Positions 1 to 8,842 are shown, counted from the first letter of the stretch. The stretch: DNA of 23,925 nt from Candidatus Eiseniibacteriota bacterium (GCA_046598045.1 JBKJJJ010000191.1:1-23925); one strand, 5' to 3'. Notes: generated by a model not told the origin, from the letters alone. Numbers and translations are program-made.

Positions 1-1269
1 GATCCGTCGACGCCCGCGTCGACCGACATCGTGCGCCGGCGCTGGGTGAAGAACGTGCACCTCGGCTGGGTGCCGCGCGCGCGCGTCACCGCCGGGCGCT
101 ACGAGGCCGAGGCCGGGCTCGACCTGCGTTATCACGAGGGGCACCACTGGGGCGAGCTCCTGTGGTCGAAGGACCAGCCCGCGAACCCCGAGCCGAACCA
201 CACCTACTACGACTACCGCGCGCGCGCGATCAACACCTCGGCATTCGTGCGCCAGGGCTGGGCGTTCACGCAGCGGCTGCGCGGCTCGGTCGACCTGTCG
301 CTCCACCGCCAGCGCTACCAACTGCTCGACGACAAGCTCAACGGGCAGTTCTTCACCCAGGACTACACGTTCTTCACGCCGCGCGTCGGCGCGGTCGCCA
401 CGCTGCGCGAGCAGAAGCAGGGCATGCTCAAGCACCTCGAAGCCTACGCGTCGTTCTCGCGCGCGAACGCCGAGCCGATCTTCCGCGAGCTCTACGACCC
501 CGAGAACGCCGGCTCGTTGCCGGGATTCTCCACCGCGCTGCCGAGCGGCGAGCTGAGGGACCCGATCGTCCAGCCCGAGCGCGTGTTCGACTGGGCGGCC
601 GGCCTGCGCTCGCGCGGCGCGTGGGGCGAGGCCTCGCTCGGCGGCTACTGGATGGACTTCAAGAACGAGATCGTCTACAACGGCGCGCTCGACGACAATG
701 GCAACCCGATCACGGGCAACGCCGCGCGCTCGGACCACAAGGGCATCGAGGGCTCGTTCGCGCTGCACGCCGGCCGCGCGCTCGAGTTGCGCGGTGCTCT
801 CCAGTGGTCGGCGGACAAGTTCGGCGAGTACCGGGAGTACGTCGACTCGGCGACCACGATCGACTACACGGGCAATCGCATCGCGGGCTTCCCGGGCGTG
901 AGCGGGCGCGTCGCGGCAGCGTATCGCGTGGGGCGCGGGCGCTTGGAGTTCGCGGTCGAGCACGCGGGGCGGCAGTACCTCGACAACACCGAGGACGAGC
1001 GCAGGGACCCGTCGCTGCGTAGCGCGCCGGGCTACGTGTCCAAGACGATCGCGCCGTGGACGGTCGCGAACGCGGCGCTCGGCTTCAAGCTCGCGAACTT
1101 CCTGGGCAGCCAGGAGACCGAGATCACGTTGCGCGTGTCGAACCTGTTCGATCGCAAGTACGAGACCGCGGGCTACGTCGACTACCCTGCGCCCGCGTAT
1201 GCTCCGACGCCGGTGTGGATCCCCGCGGCGACACGCAGCTTCTTCGTGGGGCTCAGGGCATCGTTGTAG
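1..1269 (+). CDS. TonB-dependent outer-membrane receptor, C-terminal beta-barrel part (5'-truncated by window edge)
   Basis: Frame is open from base 1. Amphipathic beta strands and TBDR motifs FTPRVGA, PERVFDW, YWMDFKNEI, NAARSDHKGIE, LRVSNLFDRKYE and terminal RSFFVGLRASL. Confidence 0.9.
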   Translation, partial: DPSTPASTDIVRRRWVKNVHLGWVPRARVTAGRYEAEAGLDLRYHEGHHWGELLWSKDQPANPEPNHTYYDYRARAINTSAFVRQGWAFTQRLRGSVDLSLHRQRYQLLDDKLNGQFFTQDYTFFTPRVGAVATLREQKQGMLKHLEAYASFSRANAEPIFRELYDPENAGSLPGFSTALPSGELRDPIVQPERVFDWAAGLRSRGAWGEASLGGYWMDFKNEIVYNGALDDNGNPITGNAARSDHKGIEGSFALHAGRALELRGALQWSADKFGEYREYVDSATTIDYTGNRIAGFPGVSGRVAAAYRVGRGRLEFAVEHAGRQYLDNTEDERRDPSLRSAPGYVSKTIAPWTVANAALGFKLANFLGSQETEITLRVSNLFDRKYETAGYVDYPAPAYAPTPVWIPAATRSFFVGLRASL

Positions 1270-1332
1270 CCGGGAGCATCATGTTCCTGGCGTGGGCGAA
1301 GCTGTCGGGGCCGGCCGTGAACTGGCCTCCGG

Positions 1333-3303
1333 TCATCGCAGCACCACGAGCCGGCTCGTCTGCGGCGAAAAGCCCGCCCCTGCCGGCGCGGAGAGCCGCA
1401 AGAAGTAGACGCCGCTCGACAAGGTTCGGCCGTCGGCCCCCAGCGCGTCCAGCACGACCTCGTGCGGGCCCGCGGAGAATCGTCCGGCCGCGACCTCGCG
1501 CACGCGCCTTCCGCGCGCGTCGAACAGGTCGAGCGTGATGTCCGCGCTCGCGGGCAGCGTGAAGCGCGCGCGCCCGCGGACGCCCGGCATCAGCGGCTGG
1601 GGCGACACGCCTGAGAGCGCGATCGCCGGCGTGGGCAGAACCGGCACGAGCCCGACCCGCAGGATCGCCGCCGGGCGCACGAACTGGTTCTCCACGAAGG
1701 TCTCGATGCGGTAGCGCCCGCCGGGCAGGCCGGGCAGTGTCATCGTGGTGTGGCCATCGATGTCGGTGTCCGCGTTCGCGTTGACGTCGCCGACCGGGAG
1801 CGCGGCGAGCGGCGGATCGAACGGTCCTGGCGGAGGCGACCGGGGATCGAGCGCGATCGCCCGCGTCTCGATCACGCCCTTGAACAGCCCGTCGCGCGGC
1901 TTGCCCTCGCGATCGAACGCGGTCACCGGCAGGTCGAGCGCCTGGCCCGAGGCGATCGCGTCGGGCACGGTCGCCACGCCGTACGACGCGTGGATCCACG
2001 ACGCGCCGAACGAATCCCCGACCGAGATCTGCCGGCGGCGATCCCCCGGCGAGATGAACGCACTCATCACCGACGGCACCGACTGCGTATGCCCGAGCCG
2101 CAACCAGTGGCCGAACTCGTGCGTCAGCGTCGAGACCAGGTCGAACTTGTTGGGCTCGCCCTCGGGGTCGGTTGTCCAGCCGCGCGTGCCGTTGATCTCC
2201 ATCTCGACTTCCTGGCGCTCGAACGTGAGCGTATCGATCGCGGACCACGTGATCGCGAGAATCGCGGGCTGGTAGGCCCACGTGTCGCGCCAGATCACCG
2301 TGTTGCGGCCGTCGCGCGGCGTCGCCGGGGCGTCGTGACTGCCGCCGACGGCTGCCGTGAGCCCGCGAAACTCGAGCCGCGCGTACGATCCGGGCACGTT
2401 CCACTGCGAGGCCGCGTCGACCACGAGGTTGCCGAGCGCATCGCCGAATGGCGAGGAGCCCGGGTTGACGTAGATCGCGATCGGCAGCCGTGCTGGCAGC
2501 CACGAATCGCCGGCCCACTGGTAGAGCACGCTGAAGCGCGCGCCACCGACGAACTGGTCGCCGTCGCTCCAGCCCCCGGACGCGGTCCACACCTTGATCG
2601 GCCCGGAGAGCACCTGCGGCGAGCCCTTGAGCCCTGGCGCGGGGACCCGGCACACGATCTCCTGCTCCGACCACGAAAGCACCGCCGCGTCCACGCGCTC
2701 GAAGACTCCCTGGAAGGTCACGCGCGAGTCGTCCTGCGTCGCGCCGAAGCCGCTGCCCTTGACGGTCACGAGCGTCGGGTCGTCGGGCACCGCACCGCCG
2801 AGCGAGGGGGCGAGGTCGGTGACCGACGACACGCCGAGCGCAAGGTCCGAGGCCGCGCGCGAGAACGCCTCGCCGCTCGCGCCGCCCGGCGCGGGCGCGA
2901 GCCGGCGCACCGCCTCCATGCCGCCCGGCAACTCGATCACCGTCGGGCCGATCGGCGAGGGCGAGAGCGCGACGTCGACGCGCTCGCCCACGACGAACGC
3001 GGGCGCGCCCTCGGCGACCCACTGGACGGCGCCATCCCGCCCGCCGGGCACGAGGAAGCGCGCGACCTCGTTCCCGGCGTTGTCGGCCAGCACGACGCGG
3101 GTCATCCGCGCGCCGCCGGGACCCCGCTCGGGGCTGGCCTCGATCACGCGGCCGGTGGCGCGCACGGCCCCGGCGGCCGCATCGGCCGCGGCGCGGGCGT
3201 CAAGGGTGAGGGCGGAGACCGGCGGGGCAGTGCCGGCCGCGAGTAGGGCCAGGGCGACCATGCCGAGCAAAACACTTCGGATTTGGGTGCAGAAGCGATC
3301 CAT
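1333..3303 (-). CDS. Secreted matrixin-like (metzincin) metalloprotease with IPT/TIG domain and C-terminal FlgD-Ig/T9SS-like domain
   Basis: Start moved to ATG 3303 (GGAG RBS), followed by a signal peptide. IPT/TIG motif VTVKGSGFG...SWSEQEIVCRVP. Zinc motif HEFGHWLRLGH and Met-turn SVMS. C-terminal LFDARGRRVR...SSGVYFLRL. Confidence 0.8.
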   Translation of the reverse strand: MDRFCTQIRSVLLGMVALALLAAGTAPPVSALTLDARAAADAAAGAVRATGRVIEASPERGPGGARMTRVVLADNAGNEVARFLVPGGRDGAVQWVAEGAPAFVVGERVDVALSPSPIGPTVIELPGGMEAVRRLAPAPGGASGEAFSRAASDLALGVSSVTDLAPSLGGAVPDDPTLVTVKGSGFGATQDDSRVTFQGVFERVDAAVLSWSEQEIVCRVPAPGLKGSPQVLSGPIKVWTASGGWSDGDQFVGGARFSVLYQWAGDSWLPARLPIAIYVNPGSSPFGDALGNLVVDAASQWNVPGSYARLEFRGLTAAVGGSHDAPATPRDGRNTVIWRDTWAYQPAILAITWSAIDTLTFERQEVEMEINGTRGWTTDPEGEPNKFDLVSTLTHEFGHWLRLGHTQSVPSVMSAFISPGDRRRQISVGDSFGASWIHASYGVATVPDAIASGQALDLPVTAFDREGKPRDGLFKGVIETRAIALDPRSPPPGPFDPPLAALPVGDVNANADTDIDGHTTMTLPGLPGGRYRIETFVENQFVRPAAILRVGLVPVLPTPAIALSGVSPQPLMPGVRGRARFTLPASADITLDLFDARGRRVREVAAGRFSAGPHEVVLDALGADGRTLSSGVYFLRLSAPAGAGFSPQTSRLVVLR

Positions 3304-3545
3304 CGAATCTCCACGTCGGGCGCGGGACCGCGGCCGAGGGCACACGCCGCGGATCGAGTGTGCACCGAGCGCACCCGCCGCGGCAAGCGAGCCCGGTTCC
3401 GCAATCGGCGTCCGCCGCAATGCCCCGCTGGATGGGGAATTCCTTGCCGGGCCCGTCAGGCGTCGGAGGCGGCCGGCCTCCGCACTGATCGCACAAATGG
3501 TTGCCGCAATGGACGTTACAACTCGGTTGCTCGGCCCGTGGGAGG

Positions 3546-3561
3546 TGGCACGGCGATTGCG
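3546..3561 (+). promoter_or_regulatory. Sigma-54 (RpoN) -24/-12 promoter
   Basis: TGGCACGGCGATTGCG matches TGGCACG-N4-TTGC with exact GG-N10-GC spacing, about 77 nt upstream of the 3638 start. Confidence 0.8.
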
Positions 3562-3637
3562 AATTGCATCGGACGTCGGGGCGCTCGCCCCCTCGGTTCC
3601 GCAGTCAGCCTAAGGGAAGCTCGAACGGAGGTGGATC

Positions 3638-4261
3638 ATGGAAGCTCGCGCGATGAACCAGGCGGCCCGCACCACGATGGCGCTGGGCCTGACCCTGACC
3701 CTGGCCTACGCCGCTCAGGCGAACGCCGGCGGACGCGAGCCGTCGATCGACCGTTCGAATCCGCGCATGGCCCCCGCGGTCGCGATGCGCACCGTGATGG
3801 CGTATGACGACGGCGCGTGGACCGCCCCGGTCGCGATCATCCTGAAGAGCCCGGCCGCGTGGGTCGCGTGGAACAAGGACATGGTCAATGCCGGGATGGC
3901 GATCGGCGAAGAGCAGCTGCCGGCGGGCGTGGACTGGTCGAAGGAAGCCGTGCTGGTCGTGGCCCTGGGCGAAGGCCGTGGATCGCGCGTCCGCCTGCAG
4001 AACGCCTGCCGTGCCGGCCTGCGTACCGAGCTGGAGGTGGTCGCCAGCTCCAGCGGCTCCGGGCAGTATCCCTGCCACGTGGTGGCGATGGACAAGCGCC
4101 TGCTGAACAACGTGCGCCTGATGAAAGCCGCCTCGTACGGGCTGTCCGAGCAGGTGCGGTCCTATCGCCCGGCCGCCGCGCTGGCCTCCTCGAGCGCCGG
4201 CTCGGAGCCTCAGCCCGTGGCCATCTCCTGGGGCGAAATGAAGGCCGCGTATCGCCAGTAG
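3638..4261 (+). CDS. Secreted protein with PrcB-C-terminal-like domain and a C-terminal WGxxKxxYR tail
   Basis: GGAGGT RBS and signal peptide ending AQANA. PAGVDWSKEAVLVVALGE...YPCHVVAMDK resembles the PrcB C-terminal family. Ends ISWGEMKAAYRQ. Confidence 0.7.
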   Translation: MEARAMNQAARTTMALGLTLTLAYAAQANAGGREPSIDRSNPRMAPAVAMRTVMAYDDGAWTAPVAIILKSPAAWVAWNKDMVNAGMAIGEEQLPAGVDWSKEAVLVVALGEGRGSRVRLQNACRAGLRTELEVVASSSGSGQYPCHVVAMDKRLLNNVRLMKAASYGLSEQVRSYRPAAALASSSAGSEPQPVAISWGEMKAAYRQ

Positions 4262-4303
4262 TCGAACGACCTCGCAGCACCACCCCGCAGCAAAGCCTAC
4301 CGA

Positions 4304-5758
4304 CTAGACTGGGGAACGAGCCCGCCGCGCGATCGTGGCGGGCTCGTCGTTTTCGGGCAGGAACGGGGCGCCCGGTCCCTCGGCCAGCCACTCCTTGAGG
4401 CGACGGGTCGCGCGGCAATCGTCGGCGTTGTACTCCACTGCCAGCTCGAGCAGGGCGCGCTCGCCGGTCTTGAGCCAGGTCGAATACCAGAACATCGACT
4501 GCGCGGCGCTCGCGTCGGGGTGCGTCCAGTGCGCGCCCAGGCGCTTCGCCACCGCCTTGAGCGAGTACGAGTAGACCGGCAGCACGGCCGTCGCCGCGAG
4601 GTCCTTGTGCAGGTCCCGCATGCGCGCGAGGACCTTGGGCGCGCGCGCCGGAGCCATGCTGTGGCGCGCGGCCAGCGCCTTGATCGCGCTGCGCTCGTAG
4701 TGGTGATAGTGGTAGATCGGCGCCGTGGGGTGGGCTTCGACGTAGTCCAGCAGCTCCCCGAACGCGCGGCCTTCCTCGCCCGGGTTCTCGGCCACGAACG
4801 CACGGTAGTCCTCGCTGCCGTCCTTGCGCCGGGTGAGGACGCCGAACAGGTACTCGACGTCGTGCTCGGGGTCGCCCTCGATGTCGAAGTAGAGCTCGGT
4901 CCCCGCGTCCTCGAACTGCAGCACGCTGCGCCAGAGGGCCTCGCCGCTCACAAGAACCTGCGCCTGGGTCACGAGCTGGGCCGCCTGCCCGAGCGGCAGC
5001 GCGCCCCAGCGGGCGACGACCTGCGGTTCGGTCCGGGCGAGCGCTTCGAGCGTGTGCACGCCCCTCTGCCGGAGCGCCTGGGCGACGCGGCGCTGGAGCC
5101 CGTAAACCAGCGAGACGTCGTGCGTCTGCTCGGCCTCGGCCAGGCAGCACGCCTCCCACGGACACTCGCCGCAGGTCGAGGAGATGTGGACCGGCACCTC
5201 GGCGCCGTCGACCACCGCCTCGAGGCCGGCGAGCAGGCGCTCGTAATCCGCCCGCACGATGTCGAGCGCAAACTCCTCACGCCGCCCGTCGACGAGGATC
5301 ACGTGCGCGTTCACCGGCCACGCGCCGATCGTGTCGGCGAGCAGGTGGGCGTAGAACGCGAGCTGCAGCCGGTACACCGGCTTGACCGAGCGCGCGCTCT
5401 TGATCTCGATCGGCTCGTAAATGTAATCGCCCAGGGCACTCTGCCCCGGGCGACGTTCGAGCAGGTCCGAGACTCCGTAGCGGCGGCCCGACATCAGCAC
5501 GGCCTGCGCGATCAGGGGGGCGCCGGCGCGCATGAGCCGCAAAGTCTCGGCTGCGCCGGCCGCCTGGTCGCCGGCCGGATAGACGACCCGCGTGGGCTGA
5601 AGGTCGGCGTAGACCGCGTCCTCGTGCTGCATGCCGTCGGCCAGGAGTTTCCTGAGGAACGCGGACGGCCCGCGCCGGGAGGTCGAGTCGCCGTGAAATT
5701 CATTCCTCGGCCATCGGGGACACGAGTTGTACTGATAGAGATGGCTGGCCGAAATCAT
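4304..5758 (-). CDS. TM0106 family RecB-like nuclease with C-terminal RNase H-like (YprB-type) domain
   Basis: Start ATG 5758 (MISASHLYQYNSCPRW). PD-(D/E)xK-type GVSDLL...PIEIKS and QLAFYA; CGECPWEACC cluster; HhH-like LVYGL; RNase H-like YFDIEG, YSLK, YNADDC. Confidence 0.88.
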   Translation of the reverse strand: MISASHLYQYNSCPRWPRNEFHGDSTSRRGPSAFLRKLLADGMQHEDAVYADLQPTRVVYPAGDQAAGAAETLRLMRAGAPLIAQAVLMSGRRYGVSDLLERRPGQSALGDYIYEPIEIKSARSVKPVYRLQLAFYAHLLADTIGAWPVNAHVILVDGRREEFALDIVRADYERLLAGLEAVVDGAEVPVHISSTCGECPWEACCLAEAEQTHDVSLVYGLQRRVAQALRQRGVHTLEALARTEPQVVARWGALPLGQAAQLVTQAQVLVSGEALWRSVLQFEDAGTELYFDIEGDPEHDVEYLFGVLTRRKDGSEDYRAFVAENPGEEGRAFGELLDYVEAHPTAPIYHYHHYERSAIKALAARHSMAPARAPKVLARMRDLHKDLAATAVLPVYSYSLKAVAKRLGAHWTHPDASAAQSMFWYSTWLKTGERALLELAVEYNADDCRATRRLKEWLAEGPGAPFLPENDEPATIARRARSPV

Positions 5759-5844
5759 ACGCGATGCCTCGAAGTTCGACGCCGGGACCCGGTCCGATTG
5801 CCGCGCCCGCAACCCCGATGCGATGCCTAAGTCTACTCCTCCCG

Positions 5845-6243
5845 CTAGGGATCGACCACGAGCGTATCGGACATGATGTGGCCGCCGATCACGCACTTGT
5901 ATTCGAACCTTCCGACCGTGGTGACCGTCACGTCCCGGTTCGTGTTGGCCGAGATCATCCCCCAGGTCGGCCCGCCCGCGGTCACGGTCTGGATGCTGTG
6001 GGTGATGCTGTCGCCGTTGTGCAGGCGCACGAGGTTTCCAACGCGCGCCGTCGCTTTAGAGGGGGAGAACGCGGCCATGCCCTTGTTGAACGCCCCGGGG
6101 ACGATGTTGATCGTCACGTTCGGAGTGACGCCGCCGCCGGTCGAACTCTGCTTGCAGCCCGCGAGGGCGGCCAGCCCGGCGAGCACCACGACCGCCCAGA
6201 CCCCGATCGGGGGGGCGCCGCGCCTGAATCGTTGCGTGTCCAT
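5845..6243 (-). CDS. Small cupredoxin/plastocyanin-like lipoprotein
   Basis: GGAGG RBS, lipobox LAALAGC, AFSPS...VG, upstream His in HSI and C-terminal FEYKCVIGGHIM (type-1 copper ligands). Confidence 0.75.
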   Translation of the reverse strand: MDTQRFRRGAPPIGVWAVVVLAGLAALAGCKQSSTGGGVTPNVTINIVPGAFNKGMAAFSPSKATARVGNLVRLHNGDSITHSIQTVTAGGPTWGMISANTNRDVTVTTVGRFEYKCVIGGHIMSDTLVVDP

Positions 6244-6365
6244 GAGGGATGCCTCCAGTGGTCGCGGCGCCGGGGGTGGCGCCGCTTCGAGCCTACTCCC
6301 GGCCGGGGGCCTGTGCTAGCCTCGGGCTGCCTCTTCGCACCGCGGCGCTTCCCCGGAGGAGCTCC

Positions 6366-7385
6366 TTGATCGATCCCGTTTGGCGGCGGTCCGCCGCCCT
6401 GAGTACGCTGGTTTTCGCCCTCCTCGCCCCGTCCGCGCCCGGCCCGGCCCGGGCCGCCGAGGCCCCGCCCGACCTGCCCGCGCTCACCCGCCTGGTGATC
6501 GAGGGCGACGTCGTCCGAGCCTCGACCGACGCCGACTCCGCCGGGCAGTCGTCCTGGGTCACGTTCGATCGCAGGGCCAGGCGCTGGTCGGCCCCCGGGG
6601 CCGGTCCCGCCCCGGTGCTCACGCACGAGGACTCGCTCGCGACCGTGCGCGTCTTCGACGGCGGCCTGTTCGACAAGTTCCGTGGGGACCGGATCGCGCT
6701 CGGCGACGGCTCGACGCTCGCGCGCCGCGACTCGGGCTTCACGCTCATGGTCGGCGACACGAACCTGGGCTGGCCGAGCGTCACCGGCAAGGACGTGCTC
6801 GATTGGGCCGGCAAGGTGCGCCAGGGCCTGCCGCGCGATTATCCCGAGGAGCGCGTCGAGCAGCTGCTCGACCAGCACAGACTGCGCAACGAGCCCGGGC
6901 CGACGACGCGCGCCGGAGCCATGCGCTGGTTCGGCCTCAAGGGCGGCTTCGTGGGCGGGCAGGGGCAGCTCGGCGGGCTGGTCTCGTATGACCCGACCCG
7001 GAAGCGCTTCGACGTCCACCGCCACTACCTGATCGTCGACGCCTCGGTCACGCGACTGTTCGCGCGCGGCAAAGACCTGTGGATCGGCACCGGGAGATTC
7101 GGCGAGCGCACGCTCGAGGGCATCACCGGCCTCATTCTCTATCGCCCGGCGCTCCGCGAGTGGCGGCAGTTCTCGACCCGCAACTCGCGCATCTCGGGGG
7201 ACCTGATCTGGGACATCGCCGAGGGCCCCGACGGCCTGTGGGTGACGACCGATCGCGGCGTCAGCCGCTACGGCTTCGAGAGCAAGAACTGGACCTCGTG
7301 GTACTGGCACCGCACCAAGGACGGCACGGGCTGGAAGCTCACGTCCGCGCTGCCGGGCACGCTCGCCGAGGAGCTCGTCCGCTAG
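6366..7385 (+). CDS. Secreted protein with C-terminal beta-propeller repeats (two-component-regulator propeller-like)
   Basis: TTG start 6366 preceded by GGAGGA. Signal peptide ending ARA. Blades LWIGT, NSRISGDLIWDIAEGPDGLWVTTDRGVSRY. Confidence 0.65.
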   Translation: MIDPVWRRSAALSTLVFALLAPSAPGPARAAEAPPDLPALTRLVIEGDVVRASTDADSAGQSSWVTFDRRARRWSAPGAGPAPVLTHEDSLATVRVFDGGLFDKFRGDRIALGDGSTLARRDSGFTLMVGDTNLGWPSVTGKDVLDWAGKVRQGLPRDYPEERVEQLLDQHRLRNEPGPTTRAGAMRWFGLKGGFVGGQGQLGGLVSYDPTRKRFDVHRHYLIVDASVTRLFARGKDLWIGTGRFGERTLEGITGLILYRPALREWRQFSTRNSRISGDLIWDIAEGPDGLWVTTDRGVSRYGFESKNWTSWYWHRTKDGTGWKLTSALPGTLAEELVR

Positions 7386-7387
7386 GC

Positions 7388-8401
7388 ATGCCCGCCCGCC
7401 GCGCCACCTCGCGCGCGTTCATCCAGCCGTGCCGACTCCGGTCAGGCGACACGATCGCGATCGTCGCTCCCGCCGGCCCCGCCCCGATCGCGCGCCTGCA
7501 GCAGGGCATCGCCACGCTCGAGCGGCTCGGCTTCGACGTGCGCCTCGGCGCGGGCGTGCTGTCGCAGGAGAAATACCTCGCCGGCCCCGACGATCGCCGG
7601 GCGCTCGACCTGGTCTCGCTCTGGGCGCGCCGCGACGTCGCCGCGGTGTTCTGCGCGCGCGGCGGCTACGGCGCGGCGCGCATCGTGGACGCGCTGACCC
7701 CGGCGTTCCTCAAGCGGCACCCGAAGGTGTTCTGCGGCTTCTCCGACATCACCACGCTGCACGCCGCGTGCGCGCGCGCGGGCTTGGTGTCGTTCTACGG
7801 GCCGATGGTGGCGTGGGACCTGGCGCACGGCGCAACCAGGCCGCCGCGCTCGAAGCGCGCGGCAGTCAGGCTCGCGACCGCGACCGGAGTCTCGCGCAGT
7901 GGCGGCTTCGACGAAGCGTCGTTCCGCGCGATGCTCATGGACGGGGTTTCGGACTTCGTGATCGCGCCGGCCGCGGCCGAGCCACTCGTGCGCGGCCGCG
8001 CTACGGGCCGGCTGCTCGGCGGATGCCTGTCGCTGCTGGTTGCGACGCTCGGCACGCCCGAGGAGCTCGACACGCGCGGATCGATCCTCGTGCTCGAGGA
8101 CGAGAAGGAGCCGCCCTACCGCATCGACCGCATGCTCACGCAACTGCGCCGCGCGGGGAAATTCGAGGGCGTGAAGGGCATCGTGCTCGGGGACTTCCCG
8201 GAGTGCCACCCGGCGCCCGGGGCGGGCTACGCGCTGGTCGACGTGCTGCGCGATCGCCTGTCGGACGTCGGCGTGCCGGTGGCGTGGCGCTTCCCGATCG
8301 GACACACGCTCCAGCCCAACGTCACGCTGCCGCTCGGCGTGAAGGCGACCCTCGACGCGGGGCGCGGGCGACTCTCGATCGAAGGGTCGCCCGTCCGCTG
8401 A
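7388..8401 (+). CDS. ldcA: LD-carboxypeptidase (peptidase S66, LdcA-like)
   Basis: ATG 7388, 2 nt after the upstream stop. LRSGDTIAIVAPA, YLAGPD, RGGYG, GFSDIT (Ser), LEDEKEPPYRIDRML (Glu), PIGH (His). Confidence 0.92.
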   Translation: MPARRATSRAFIQPCRLRSGDTIAIVAPAGPAPIARLQQGIATLERLGFDVRLGAGVLSQEKYLAGPDDRRALDLVSLWARRDVAAVFCARGGYGAARIVDALTPAFLKRHPKVFCGFSDITTLHAACARAGLVSFYGPMVAWDLAHGATRPPRSKRAAVRLATATGVSRSGGFDEASFRAMLMDGVSDFVIAPAAAEPLVRGRATGRLLGGCLSLLVATLGTPEELDTRGSILVLEDEKEPPYRIDRMLTQLRRAGKFEGVKGIVLGDFPECHPAPGAGYALVDVLRDRLSDVGVPVAWRFPIGHTLQPNVTLPLGVKATLDAGRGRLSIEGSPVR

Positions 8402-8404
8402 CGA

Positions 8405-8593
8405 TCAACCCCGCTGGTCGGTCCGCCACTTGTGCCGGCAGGCGAGGCACTTGTACCACGGCGGATCCTTGACGTCGGGATCGGGCTCGTCGTTGCTCGC
8501 CCACATCGGCTCCTGGTGGATCGGGGCCGTGTCCTCGGACCCGCACGACGGGCAGATCGGGTCTCCGAGGTCGTTGTACTCCTGCTCATCCAC
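8405..8593 (-). CDS. Small zinc-ribbon protein (CxxC...CxxC), 62 aa
   Basis: AAGGAG RBS 6 nt before GTG. CPSCGS and YKCLACRHKW knuckles. Directly downstream of the Rdx selenoprotein gene. Confidence 0.7.
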   Translation of the reverse strand: MDEQEYNDLGDPICPSCGSEDTAPIHQEPMWASNDEPDPDVKDPPWYKCLACRHKWRTDQRG

Positions 8594-8596
8594 GCG

Positions 8597-8842
8597 TCAC
8601 TCCTTGCCGGAACCGCCTCGCGCGGCGGCGTCGATCGCGTCGCCGACTTCGTTCGGATGCGGGAAGCGGTGCGTCTCATGCTTCGAGTACACGAGGTCGC
8701 CGTCGACCACGACGTCGAACACGCCCTTGTGCCCCTTCTCGAGCACGGCATCGACGCCGTAGCGCTGCTTCAGCTCGGCCGCCAAACTGGAGGCCTGGGG
8801 AAGGTAGTTTCACTCGGTGCAGTAGGTGACCAGGATCTCCAT
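8597..8842 (-). CDS. SelW/SelT/SelH (Rdx family) selenoprotein, 81 aa, in-frame UGA = Sec at codon 11
   Basis: AAGGAG RBS and ATG 8842 give MEILVTYCTE-UGA(8812-8810)-NYLPQASSLAAELKQRYGVDAVLEKGHKGVFDVVVDGDLVYSKHETHRFPHPNEV. CxxU plus the GxFxV and SK...RFP Rdx signatures. The ORF track splits it into two pieces. Confidence 0.92.
8777..8795 (-). promoter_or_regulatory. Putative bacterial SECIS hairpin
   Basis: On the minus strand after UGA: AACTACCTTCCCCA-GGCC-T-CCA-GTT-TGG-C-GGCC. The apical loop begins with G, 22 nt after the UGA. The AT-rich codons AGT TTG are unusual for this GC3-rich DNA. Confidence 0.65.

Noticed and set aside
4304..5758. Cas4-like nuclease suggesting a CRISPR or defence locus
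   Set aside because: The architecture is the stand-alone TM0106 family, and no repeat-spacer array or other cas genes are visible in the window.
8594..8599. Second UGA read-through fusing the selenoprotein to the in-frame zinc ribbon
   Set aside because: The UGA follows a completed Rdx domain in a non-catalytic context, and the downstream GTG has its own well-spaced AAGGAG RBS.
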